Origin: a virus
Lineage: Duplodnaviria; Caudoviricetes
Reading direction: 5' to 3' (one strand)
Virus record (IMG/VR): IMGVR_UViG_3300025098_000283
Location: 1 to 24,084 of that record
Length of the DNA stretch: 24,084 nucleotides
The notes below the pieces were generated by a model. It saw only the letters and a list, made by a program, of their open reading frames with translations, was not told the origin of the DNA and searched no databases. Of the stretch, positions 7,586 through 17,479 are shown piece after piece. Numbering within the stretch: the first letter of the stretch is position 1; each line of letters opens with the position of its first letter. The translations under genes and the position numbers were made by a program.

Positions 7586-9157
7586 TTATACCATTTCCAT
7601 ATAAAATTCATTCCCACTTTCGACAGGATCCCAAGCTCCTTCATGCACATAGTTTGCAAGAGCAAGTGACATAACACAGTCATCAAAACATCCATGTTCG
7701 GCCTCCATAGCACCACTTTCAGTGACTATGTAGGTAAGCATTTCTCTTATTGTGACTTTGTCATTAAGTTCCAACTCATCTTCTCTCATAGAGGCTCTGA
7801 GTTGATCGATGATTAAGGGTTTAGTTTTAACAGTAGTTGTAAAACCAAGTTTCACAGTTTCTCTGTCAGTTATCTTATCGTGTTGCACTTCAGTGTAGAA
7901 GTTGGGGTAGGCTAAGTCTTTACCTAACCTTGTACAAGTCAATATACCGTGTGAGTTATTCTCTACACAGATAAATGCATCGTTGTAGTAGGTTCCCAAG
8001 TGAAACAGTACTGTTGCGAAGTAGTCAGGGTGGACATGGCCTCGCCACGTTGCAACCTGTCTTTTTTTACTATCGAGTACGATGGCCACGGAGTAGTCTC
8101 CGTTCCGTATTCCCATAGATACATCTGCACCAATGACATACTGTTCTCCACTATCGTGTTTGATAAATGTAGTTAATTCACCACGACTATGGTTGACCCA
8201 TTCATCTGTTTCCAGTGCAAGTCTTTCCTCTACGTCTTTAGTGTCAGGTAATAATTTCTGAAGTTGATCAGGGTTAAATACAGGACGACCAGTAGTGAGA
8301 AAGGCCTCATCAGGGTATGATGGGTACTCCTGTTTAAATAAGTCTATACCGTTCTGAGCAATCTTACGTCTACGAAACATAAGCTGTTCATTGTCTAGTT
8401 TAAACTTTTTAACAAGATCCTTTTCATCAGGTGTTCTTTTAAAGTTTTTAGGTACGTCTTCACGATACTCAGGGTCAGTGAACCAAGGAATAAACACTGG
8501 TACATAACCGTTTTTGCCTTCGACTGCACCCTTCCACAGGTCATAAAATATCCCTGAAACACCGTTTGCAGTAGATTCAATGAATATAGACGTATTAGCT
8601 GTGTTCGGTACTGCCTGTGCAAGACCATTCCAAATATCAGTGGCTGAACTCTTAGGCCAAAAAGCAATCTCTGAAGCGTGGCAATTCGTAATCGTCTCGC
8701 CTCTTCCAACGCTATCTCCACCTGCTGTGGCGACCACGAATGAGCTGTCGAGGATGTCAAAACTCAGTTCCCTTCTACTTGAATACTTTGTGTGTGGCTT
8801 AAGTATCTCAGGGCAGTTCTCATGATATCTTTTTGTCATGTCAAACAATGCCCTAGTACTGTCAGCATGATGGGTTATCACCATAGCCTTTCTAGCTTTG
8901 TTTTGTGACACAGAGAAGTATAGGTGACCACCGACATAGGTTGATAAACCCTGTTGTCTAGCCTTAAGAATTATGATCCTTATCTTACCTTCTGTTTTTT
9001 GTTGTTTATCTACTGCCTTCTGAAGTATTTCTTGGGCAGGGTTCAAAGCAAGTGGAGCAATATCACCTGACTTTGTTCTTATCTTTAATGCAGACTTTGA
9101 GTAAAAAGGAAATTCATAAAGAAGTCGTTCTCTAATCTTCTTTAGTTGTGGATCCAT
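7586..9157 (-). CDS. terL: Terminase large subunit (523 aa)
   Basis: LNPAQ Q-motif, Walker A ILKARQQGLST, Walker B CHASE, coupling motif ESTANG, nuclease motifs IGADVS and DDCVMS. Confidence 0.95.
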   Translation of the reverse strand: MDPQLKKIRERLLYEFPFYSKSALKIRTKSGDIAPLALNPAQEILQKAVDKQQKTEGKIRIIILKARQQGLSTYVGGHLYFSVSQNKARKAMVITHHADSTRALFDMTKRYHENCPEILKPHTKYSSRRELSFDILDSSFVVATAGGDSVGRGETITNCHASEIAFWPKSSATDIWNGLAQAVPNTANTSIFIESTANGVSGIFYDLWKGAVEGKNGYVPVFIPWFTDPEYREDVPKNFKRTPDEKDLVKKFKLDNEQLMFRRRKIAQNGIDLFKQEYPSYPDEAFLTTGRPVFNPDQLQKLLPDTKDVEERLALETDEWVNHSRGELTTFIKHDSGEQYVIGADVSMGIRNGDYSVAIVLDSKKRQVATWRGHVHPDYFATVLFHLGTYYNDAFICVENNSHGILTCTRLGKDLAYPNFYTEVQHDKITDRETVKLGFTTTVKTKPLIIDQLRASMREDELELNDKVTIREMLTYIVTESGAMEAEHGCFDDCVMSLALANYVHEGAWDPVESGNEFYMEMV

Positions 9158-9614
9158 CTGTGTCCGTTACAAGAGATGCTAAGAAGTCTTCAGCTTTAGT
9201 TAATGCTACTTCATTCTTTGATGCAGGTTTCTGTTTAGTAAAGTCTAATACTAATCTTGCTGCAGCTAGTCTCTCTCTTGTTTCTCCGACAACATTCATA
9301 ACTTCGACTGCTGTCACTAATGCTTTCTTTGCATATTCGTCTTCAATGTTAAACTTTTCAGCCATAATATTAACTAACCTCTCTGCTTTCCTTTTTTCTC
9401 TTGCTCGTATGGGTTCTATTTGCTCTTTTCTATAGCCGTCAGGAACCCCTCTTGGACGGCCACCGTTAATCTTCTTCTTGTTAGACCACGACTTTCGTAA
9501 TGCTCTACCTTCTTCAGTTTCCATCAATGTTGAAAAGTAGTTTTTCTTAGGAGCCTTCTGTGGAAATCTAGTTTTTGATGGTGACTTGGCTCTAAACTTT
9601 CTAAGATCAGGCAC
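9132..9614 (-). CDS. Probable terminase small subunit (160 aa, GTG start)
   Basis: Basic N-terminus with GGRPRG and a helical RLAAARLVLD segment. Overlaps the terL start. GGAG lies 6 nt before the GTG. Confidence 0.6.
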   Translation of the reverse strand: MPDLRKFRAKSPSKTRFPQKAPKKNYFSTLMETEEGRALRKSWSNKKKINGGRPRGVPDGYRKEQIEPIRAREKRKAERLVNIMAEKFNIEDEYAKKALVTAVEVMNVVGETRERLAAARLVLDFTKQKPASKNEVALTKAEDFLASLVTDTDGSTTKED

Positions 9615-12600
9615 TTAAGGCTCCCTGACCAAGCTGTAAGGCTCCTTCAGGTAGTTGTTCTTCCTCACGGTCATCTAATGCTAAAGCCGACATGATAACT
9701 GCTAATATAGTACCTAATGGTGATGCATAGAATTTAACAAAATCAGATGATGGTTTGTTATTCATATGATCTTTAACAAACTGATAAGTTTTAGGAAACT
9801 TTACTTTAGTTGTCTGAGGATCAATCATACATGCAGTTATAGCATCAGCAATTAACTCAGTTAAACTGTGTTCATACATTTTAGTTTTAGTGTACCAATC
9901 ATTATAGGATTTTAAAAGTGCAGGATCAGAAGACTTATCAATACCGTCAGTTTTACCTGACATAACTGCTTGATATACACTGTCCTTAACTACAGTTTCA
10001 AATCTTGGTATAATTCTTTTACCTGTATTTGTATTAAAACCTGAAATTTGAATATTAACCATCTCCTGTGCTAAATCCTGACCGTATTTAGAATCAGCTT
10101 TATTTGACCCATGTATACGATTGAAAATAACAGCTAAGTCAGCCTCGGTGCTACCTCGATAAGATATAGATTTTATAGGTGTAACTCTAGAAGAACCATA
10201 ACCGTCTTCTTCAACTCGTGTATCAGTTCCACCACTCATAGCTAAACCATGTCCTACTTCATGGAACTTAGTGTAAATTTCTCCTGTTTCTTCTCTTTTA
10301 AGTTTACGTTTCATATAAACTATTTTTCTTGGTTTTTGTTTACCATCTTTTAAGTATGTTGTTTGAAAGCCTAACAATTCTTCCTTTGCATCTAATTTAC
10401 CACCACCTGATAATTTAAATTGTCTAGCCATTTGTGTTCTATTAGCAGTTTCAATAATAGCATAACCCATAGCTTTACCGATTGATAAAGCCTCAGTTTC
10501 ATTTATTCCATTTTCGTGAGGACTACCCTTTTTACCAATTTCAAATGCTTTTTTTATTGTTGGTAAACTTTGGTTTATTTGAGTAGGGGTGGGTTGTAAG
10601 GTCTGCTGTCTTTGTTCATAGACTCCCCTTTGATTGAGGTCGTCCTGTCCAATGTCAAAGATGGAGACTGGGTTTCCTGTGCTGCTTTTTTGGATAAGTT
10701 GTTTTTCTCCATCAATTCCACTAATCCCTGAACGAAGTCGTCCATCTTGTCCGATGGTACCTGATCCAGTACTGATTCCACTTCCGTCTGTATTGGCGAG
10801 TGTTTCTTCGATTTGGTCATTTGTTAATCCTTCCCTAGCTGCTGTAAGTTTAGCTGCATCTAAATAGTCGATGTCATCACCTTGGCCTTTTTGTATACCA
10901 AGTTTTTCAGCTAGTTGTTTTTCAGGAAACCATTGTAATGCCTGAAAATCTGCTGTCTTAATGTTATAACCTTTTTCAGCTAATAACTCAATAGCTCTAG
11001 CAGTTACTGACCTCATGTAAGACCGTTCAGGTGCATCTAAAGGTGTGTCCTGTAAGCTATCGTTTATATTACCTACATGAGTTGATACCTTTTGAAATAA
11101 AGGTGTTTTAACAGGGTTTTTCTTGTTGTTCTCTTTTTGATACCTTTTGAAATAACTGTTCCAATTCTTTTCTAGCTTTGTAATAAAAGCATCAAACTTG
11201 TCTGTGTCTTTGTATAAACCTGTTCTTTTAAAACCAAGATCTTTTAATGTTTTCTTTATAAGTTGTTTTTCTACAGTTGTAGCATTAGGGTTTTTCATTA
11301 AACCTTCTATTGCTTTCCTATTCTTAGGATTAGTCTTAGAATCAACAGCAGCAAGTGGTCTCCCAACTAAACGGTTCCAATGTCTCATCCACCATATATC
11401 CATGGTAAGAGGGTCATAGTTACCTCTTAAGTTTTGATAGAAACCTTGTCCTATTTTAGCTCCAAGAATATAACTACCTTTAAGATTTTCATCTAAGCCT
11501 TCTTGGGGTGAAACTATTATATCAGTTCCATTCTTTTCATTAAAACTTTTAAAATAATCTTCTAAGCTTCTTCTAGTAAAATCTTGATCTAAAAACATTT
11601 CAATAGGTACATTAGCTCTTGATCTGTTGTAGGCATTATAAAACTTAAAAGCTGTTTGCATTGCAGGTGTTCGTTTACCACCTTTATCAAACTTTTCATT
11701 CATTAACCCTGTGTCCATAAAGTCTCTGAATACTTCTAAGGCATAGTTCAAGTTTTGATCTACAGCTATACCGTTTGATGTAACAGCTAAGATAAAATCA
11801 AAAGCTCCTTCATTACCTTCTAGTCTAGGTTCAATTACTTTTATTAATGATTTAGCTGCTTTTAACTTTCTGTCATACCATCCAATAGCATTGTTATCTT
11901 TTTTAATGTTTTGTAATGCTTCGTGTGCCATTAACCTAGATAATATATCAATATTTTCAGGTGTGTTTTCAAATGGTGTAGTTCTTCCTGTGGCTTGTTC
12001 CCATAGTTTCTGAACACCTTTATAAGCATCAACTTTAGATTGTTTTTTCTCAGGTTTAAATGTACCGTCCTTCATTTGTTGTAACTCAAGATCAGTAGGT
12101 CTAATGCCATCACTGGTAATACCTATCATATCACCTAAACCAAATGGATCTAACTCAGAATCTAAGATAGGTGCATTTTCATCAAAAGTAGGTGTATTAA
12201 CAACCATGTTTTTGCTAATAATCTCTGTACCTTCTTCAGGTACTACGTTTTGCTGATTAGGTTGTTGTTGTGTAACTCGTTCTAGATAAGGTACGACATA
12301 TTGCTGAATGGCCTCAGGGTTTTTAAGTCTTGCTCCTAAGTCTTCTATAATTTTAGTACCTGTTTCAATAGGGTTAGAACCTAAGTTCTTTTTAAGATTC
12401 AATAGTGCCTGAGTTAATAATGGTTTATCGACAACATTAAGAGTTGTGTCGTTGTTGACGGCCTCTATAAGCTCATCTGCAAAGGCACGGTTGTCGTCTA
12501 TACCTCGTTGGTAGTTAGGACTGTTTTGGTAACTAGGACGGCCACCACCTTGCTGATTTTGTTGCATCATGCTTTGGTTTTGTGGGTTAGTTCTTTCGAT

Positions 12601-14592
12601 ACCGTTTGCATCTACTGCTGTATTTATAAATCTTATTAAAGGTGTTAAACCTCCTTCAGATATCCTACCACCTATACGAACTGAATCACGATATTGATTT
12701 ATGTATTTTTGAAGTTCAGGATTAATATTAGGTTGTTGTTCAAGTAGTTGTAACACTTGCTCAACCTGTTCTTTGGTTAAGCCTGTAGCATCTTCTACTG
12801 TGGCTTGAGGTGAACTAGGTGCAGGTGCTGCATTTTGATCATCTAACTGTGCATTAAGAGCCTCACGGTCTTGTTGCTCTTGTAACTTCTGTCGTTCTGC
12901 AAGTATTGCCTCTTGTTCAGCTAGTTTAGCTTTGTTTATGGCATCTTGTCTAAGACTTGGGTTGTTACCAAGGTCAATACCGTCACCGTCTTTGTTGTCT
13001 TGGATGTATTGATCGACAACACTCTTATTAACACCTCTTATCTTGTCTATGGCTCGTCCACCTGCAACAATACCAAGCTGTCCGAGTAATGATGCTCCAC
13101 CAGTACTTAAAGCTGCTCCACCTGAGGCTATAGGACGTAATACCTTCTCAGTATTAATAGCACCTTTATCATAACCAATACCTCCACCAATAGGTGAGAA
13201 GTTGTCAGTTATTTTTGATAGGCCTTGTTGATACCCACCGTTATGTAACTCGGTTAATTCATTCATCTGTCTCATAAGAGACAACATTTTCTGACCTTCT
13301 AGTGTGTCACCAGTTAATCTTTCAATGGCTTCAAATTCTTGATTACCAACAGTGTTTTTAGTTTTGTTTCTAGCCTCTCTTTGACCTGCCTGTGCTAATA
13401 CTTTGTCAATAACGACTGATAGCTCGTCAGTAGGTGATATCTGTAGTCTTTCTTTTAGGTCTTTACCTAACTGCTTTAATTCTTCAGTAACTTGTACATG
13501 TGCCTTGTCTACTGTTTCTCTTGCACCCTTAGTAGACATCTTATCTAAGTCTTGAAGGTTGTAGTCGTTAGCTGTTGCTATTGTATTAAGCCTGTTTGCT
13601 AATTCTGTAGCACCTTCAGGGTCTGAGGCCTCGTTTGTCTTCTTATCAAATATAGATGTAACACCGTCTTTTACTTTTCTAGCTGTGTTTACACCACCTG
13701 TGACTGCATCAGTACCGACAGATACACCTGAACCCATAGAAGTACCAATAACGGCACTGTCTATAAGTCTGTCTTTAACTTCTTTACCTGTATAGTCTCC
13801 ACCTGAGGCTGCTGAGGCTCCGATTGATAGACTTTCTTGCCCTGCTTCGGTTAAACCCTCATAACCACCTTTTTTAAGTGTTCTCTTTATGAGTTCTTTA
13901 GATGCCTGTTTGTAACCTGACTTATGTAACTTAGCTGCCATCTGTTTAACGGTCATTTTAGCTAGTTGATCCTTAGGTATAACCTTACCTGCACCAAACT
14001 TATCTAAGAAACCAATAACAGCTCCAACTCCTACAGCTACTTTAGGGTCATAACTACCTGTCTTGTCTTCTATTTCACTTGCAACTTCACCTGTACCTAA
14101 AACAGCACTTCCAACAAGGGTACCAACACCTAAAACTGCAGCTACAGGAGCTGAGAATAATGCTGAAACGGCTGTTGCACCTGCACCAACTAATGATGCA
14201 CCTGTAGTGACTGAGTTTTCAGCTACTTTTTCACCTATCCACTCAAAGGCAGCTCCTACACCCTGTTCATCGAAGGTATCTGAGAATGATTTGTTATACT
14301 TAGGCTTGTAACCACCTGCAGCAATGTCTTTTTCCTGTTGTTTGACTACACCTGTACCGTAATCCTCAACACCCTTAAAGCCTGTAAGCCTTCCAAGAGC
14401 TTCTATACCTTTACCACCGAGTTTCTGAGCTTGGTCAACACTAAATTCAAAGGCATTGTCATTACCCTGTTGTTGGTTGTTGTTTTGGTTAGCCATACCT
14501 AGTGTAATTTGGTTAATTATGTCGGTAACAGTTGCTTGAGGTGTGCCATCAGGGATTTCGTAGACATCATTGCCTATTTGATACTGTGCCAT
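9607..14592 (-). CDS. Large internal virion (ejection) protein, 1661 aa, with HhH-GPD-like and HExxH metallopeptidase-like domains
   Basis: Third and largest of three coupled genes after the nozzle. Gly/Ala-rich hydrophobic stretches in the N-terminal third. GAKIG..FYQNL..LTMDIWWMR..QALQW block and FHEVGH motif. Confidence 0.7.
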   Translation of the reverse strand: MAQYQIGNDVYEIPDGTPQATVTDIINQITLGMANQNNNQQQGNDNAFEFSVDQAQKLGGKGIEALGRLTGFKGVEDYGTGVVKQQEKDIAAGGYKPKYNKSFSDTFDEQGVGAAFEWIGEKVAENSVTTGASLVGAGATAVSALFSAPVAAVLGVGTLVGSAVLGTGEVASEIEDKTGSYDPKVAVGVGAVIGFLDKFGAGKVIPKDQLAKMTVKQMAAKLHKSGYKQASKELIKRTLKKGGYEGLTEAGQESLSIGASAASGGDYTGKEVKDRLIDSAVIGTSMGSGVSVGTDAVTGGVNTARKVKDGVTSIFDKKTNEASDPEGATELANRLNTIATANDYNLQDLDKMSTKGARETVDKAHVQVTEELKQLGKDLKERLQISPTDELSVVIDKVLAQAGQREARNKTKNTVGNQEFEAIERLTGDTLEGQKMLSLMRQMNELTELHNGGYQQGLSKITDNFSPIGGGIGYDKGAINTEKVLRPIASGGAALSTGGASLLGQLGIVAGGRAIDKIRGVNKSVVDQYIQDNKDGDGIDLGNNPSLRQDAINKAKLAEQEAILAERQKLQEQQDREALNAQLDDQNAAPAPSSPQATVEDATGLTKEQVEQVLQLLEQQPNINPELQKYINQYRDSVRIGGRISEGGLTPLIRFINTAVDANGIERTNPQNQSMMQQNQQGGGRPSYQNSPNYQRGIDDNRAFADELIEAVNNDTTLNVVDKPLLTQALLNLKKNLGSNPIETGTKIIEDLGARLKNPEAIQQYVVPYLERVTQQQPNQQNVVPEEGTEIISKNMVVNTPTFDENAPILDSELDPFGLGDMIGITSDGIRPTDLELQQMKDGTFKPEKKQSKVDAYKGVQKLWEQATGRTTPFENTPENIDILSRLMAHEALQNIKKDNNAIGWYDRKLKAAKSLIKVIEPRLEGNEGAFDFILAVTSNGIAVDQNLNYALEVFRDFMDTGLMNEKFDKGGKRTPAMQTAFKFYNAYNRSRANVPIEMFLDQDFTRRSLEDYFKSFNEKNGTDIIVSPQEGLDENLKGSYILGAKIGQGFYQNLRGNYDPLTMDIWWMRHWNRLVGRPLAAVDSKTNPKNRKAIEGLMKNPNATTVEKQLIKKTLKDLGFKRTGLYKDTDKFDAFITKLEKNWNSYFKRYQKENNKKNPVKTPLFQKVSTHVGNINDSLQDTPLDAPERSYMRSVTARAIELLAEKGYNIKTADFQALQWFPEKQLAEKLGIQKGQGDDIDYLDAAKLTAAREGLTNDQIEETLANTDGSGISTGSGTIGQDGRLRSGISGIDGEKQLIQKSSTGNPVSIFDIGQDDLNQRGVYEQRQQTLQPTPTQINQSLPTIKKAFEIGKKGSPHENGINETEALSIGKAMGYAIIETANRTQMARQFKLSGGGKLDAKEELLGFQTTYLKDGKQKPRKIVYMKRKLKREETGEIYTKFHEVGHGLAMSGGTDTRVEEDGYGSSRVTPIKSISYRGSTEADLAVIFNRIHGSNKADSKYGQDLAQEMVNIQISGFNTNTGKRIIPRFETVVKDSVYQAVMSGKTDGIDKSSDPALLKSYNDWYTKTKMYEHSLTELIADAITACMIDPQTTKVKFPKTYQFVKDHMNNKPSSDFVKFYASPLGTILAVIMSALALDDREEEQLPEGALQLGQGALSA

Positions 14593-16127
14593 TAAGGTGT
14601 TAACTTTCTAACTTGTATACCGTTAAATATTTGTGACTGTGAGGCCTGTTGATCATCCACAACCTGCATATTGCCTGTAAGTCTTGCCTTAATACGTTGA
14701 AGGGCAACTTTTCTATCGTTAATCCATCTTTCCCATATTTCTTCTTGGTCAAAACCTACTGAAGGAGCAGGTGACATAAATAAGTCCATCTCCTTGTTAG
14801 AGATTGCACCTTTAGTCTGGGCAATACGAAGTAGTGTGTCGTCAACTTTAAGTTTTTTAAGAAGTAGTCTTGTTGTGGCTTTAGGGTTACCTGTCATTGA
14901 ATCAATGAAAGAACCCACAGTTCCATCCCATAAACCTGTAACACCACCCTTAGAAAGACCGACTAACGCTTTATCCATATCAGCAAGTGACTGGTCTATA
15001 TTACCTAAGTAATCTTGGTCAGCTCTTGCCTGTTTAGCTGTCTTCTTGGCATTAGCCATATCAACTTTATACTTAGCTAAGGCCTGACCTCTGTTGTAAT
15101 CCATTATGTTGCCATACATAGCTGTGGCATCTGCAATCTGTCTGTTACCACCTAACTGTGAGTTAGCTAGACCTGCACCACCTATACGGATTAGCATTTC
15201 ATTTAAGTCTATGTCCTCAGGGTATCTGACACCCTTAGATAGGTCTTGCCTGTCTCTACGTTTCTCAGTAGCTGCAGGTCGTGATAGGAAGTCGGAATTT
15301 AATACACCGTTATTGTTGTTATTATTTAAAGTCGATGCTTGTGCTGAAATTAAACTATTGTCTGTGTTATTATTAAGACCTGCTTTATATTGCATATCGT
15401 TATCACCATTAATATCAGTAGCTAGGATACCATCATCAACACCATTTGATCTTGCTATTTGATAAGCAAGTACAGGGTCATTCTTTATTCCATTTCTTTC
15501 ATTAAATATTCTTTTTGCATTTAAGTATTCATCATTGTTACCTAAAATGTTTTCTTGCTGTACTGGGTCATAATATTTGTAAGCATTTGGATTAGCATAG
15601 TTAAACATACCATTAGTTCCTTCTTGGTTGTCATTACTGACTTCTGCAATTTCTTGGTTAATCTTTTCTAGGCTGTATTGTTCAGGGTTGTTCTGTATGT
15701 AACCCATGGCTCTTTTTAGATAGGCCTTAGTTTCATTGGGTAGGTCTTCTAACCTTCTGCCATTCTTTATCCAGTCACTTGTAGCCTTGGCACCCATGTT
15801 GTAACCGATCAATGTGTCAGCTACGTTTTTAAATCCGTAGTGATCCGAATAACCCTTTATAAACTTACCTGCAATGTCTCTAGATTTAATAGGGTCTAAA
15901 GCATCTTTAACAGTGTAAGGAGGTAATTTGTAACCTAAATTATGAAGGTGTTTGCCTCGCAACTGATAAGAACCAAAAGCATCTTTTGAAGACCTAGACT
16001 TAATAGGATCAGACCTGTCTGTTATTGATAAATGACCTGTTTCATTCTGCCTAAACAAGTCTAATAAAGGTGGAGTTACAGCATTACTGTATTGAGACAG
16101 ATAGCCATAACCGTATGGATCTATCAT
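14592..16127 (-). CDS. Internal virion protein with N-terminal lytic transglycosylase (SLT-like) domain (511 aa)
   Basis: QNETG (catalytic Glu), AFGSYQL, GYNMG and LPNETKAYL follow the SLT motif order. C-terminal KGAISNKEM motif is typical of ejection proteins. Confidence 0.75.
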   Translation of the reverse strand: MIDPYGYGYLSQYSNAVTPPLLDLFRQNETGHLSITDRSDPIKSRSSKDAFGSYQLRGKHLHNLGYKLPPYTVKDALDPIKSRDIAGKFIKGYSDHYGFKNVADTLIGYNMGAKATSDWIKNGRRLEDLPNETKAYLKRAMGYIQNNPEQYSLEKINQEIAEVSNDNQEGTNGMFNYANPNAYKYYDPVQQENILGNNDEYLNAKRIFNERNGIKNDPVLAYQIARSNGVDDGILATDINGDNDMQYKAGLNNNTDNSLISAQASTLNNNNNNGVLNSDFLSRPAATEKRRDRQDLSKGVRYPEDIDLNEMLIRIGGAGLANSQLGGNRQIADATAMYGNIMDYNRGQALAKYKVDMANAKKTAKQARADQDYLGNIDQSLADMDKALVGLSKGGVTGLWDGTVGSFIDSMTGNPKATTRLLLKKLKVDDTLLRIAQTKGAISNKEMDLFMSPAPSVGFDQEEIWERWINDRKVALQRIKARLTGNMQVVDDQQASQSQIFNGIQVRKLTP

Positions 16128-17182
16128 TAGGTAAACATGTTATAGTTACTAGTAGAACCACCTGTGCCACCTGTGCTGTAATAGCTCAATGGATTACCAC
16201 TGGCACCATAATTAGTACCTCCACCTGAGCCACCACCAAAGGCATTAGCAATCTTACCACCCATACCAAATCCCTGTACGGCACCCATAAGTCCTGACAT
16301 ATTAGGGTTGTATAAGTTAGGTGTAACCTGTCCAGTTGTTCTAGGTGCCTGACCTAAAATGCCTGACATGTATTTGTTGTACTGGTCTAGTTGAAAGTCT
16401 CTATCGTTTTCAAACTGTGCCTTGTCAGCATTTATTTGGTTTTGTGCATCTCTTTGGAAGGCATTACCTGCACCTGTCATCATACCACCAATTTGATTAC
16501 CCATACCAAAGCCAGTGTTATATAAGTTACCTAAGCCAGTGTTTGCATTCATCTGATTTGTAAACTGGTTTTGATTTTGTGTAAGGTATCTATTGGCAAG
16601 TGTGTTCTGTGTATCTGCCGTTACATCAGCCATACGATCATCATAAGACCTACGAGCAATAGCTTCAGCAACTCCTGTTCTACTGGAGTTAGTGTTGCCA
16701 GTACCTGCTGCACCAATGTTAATATTTGGGAGAGTTTGTTCGTTAAGCTGCCTAGTGCTGTCTCGCATCCTCGCAGTAACGAGAGGATCTGAGTTATTAA
16801 TCGCATAAGCATTTGCATCACCAATCGCATCCTGACCTGCTTGATTGTATAGGTTAGTTAAGTTGTTACCAAAGGCTGCACCATTGTTCATGAAGTTCTG
16901 AGCGTTACCCTGCTGACCCATGCCAAAGTTATTCATAAAGTTATAACCTGCCGTGGACATGTCATTCATGTTGGCATAGGTGTCACCTGAATAGGCACCC
17001 TTGTCTAGGGAGTAGTTAAGGCCTTCTTGACCACCTTTATAACCTGCCTCTACATATGGTTTAGCTAGGTTAAACCCTGCCATTTGAGCCTGTGTAGCTG
17101 CATCTGCTGCTCTTCTGTTGTCTTTAGCTGCACTCTTGTTCATCATGCCACCAATGACGGCACCTGCTATTTGACCCCACAT
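16127..17182 (-). CDS. Internal virion / DNA pilot protein (351 aa)
   Basis: MWGQIAGAVIGG N-terminus, G/N/Q/A-rich composition, NTNSSRTGVAE motif. Located after the tail nozzle. GGAAGGA RBS. Confidence 0.7.
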   Translation of the reverse strand: MWGQIAGAVIGGMMNKSAAKDNRRAADAATQAQMAGFNLAKPYVEAGYKGGQEGLNYSLDKGAYSGDTYANMNDMSTAGYNFMNNFGMGQQGNAQNFMNNGAAFGNNLTNLYNQAGQDAIGDANAYAINNSDPLVTARMRDSTRQLNEQTLPNINIGAAGTGNTNSSRTGVAEAIARRSYDDRMADVTADTQNTLANRYLTQNQNQFTNQMNANTGLGNLYNTGFGMGNQIGGMMTGAGNAFQRDAQNQINADKAQFENDRDFQLDQYNKYMSGILGQAPRTTGQVTPNLYNPNMSGLMGAVQGFGMGGKIANAFGGGSGGGTNYGASGNPLSYYSTGGTGGSTSNYNMFT

Positions 17183-17200
17183 ATTATATTCCTTCCATAA

Positions 17201-17479
17201 TTAAACGGCTGCCCAAGCATTACCGTTATAAACAACTAAGCCACTAAAGTTATTTGATAGTGGGTTCCATGGTGATACAGCGTATCTAACCATGCCTTTG
17301 ATTGGGTTCTCAGGCTCTACATCAGCAACAACTATTGATGCCACCTGTAACTGCCTAATTGCATTTTCTATCCTTTGTAATTCCTCTTGTAGGTATCTCC
17401 TCATACCCTCTTCAAACACAGGGTATTGAGACCTTGTGTAGCCGTTAACTACGACATTCGTTTTACTATCTACTGCCAT
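17201..17479 (-). CDS. Small tail-associated protein (92 aa)
   Basis: YLQEELQRIENAI coiled coil and GMVRYA...WNP...GLVVYNGNAW motif. Coupled to the nozzle gene by TAATG. Confidence 0.6.
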   Translation of the reverse strand: MAVDSKTNVVVNGYTRSQYPVFEEGMRRYLQEELQRIENAIRQLQVASIVVADVEPENPIKGMVRYAVSPWNPLSNNFSGLVVYNGNAWAAV

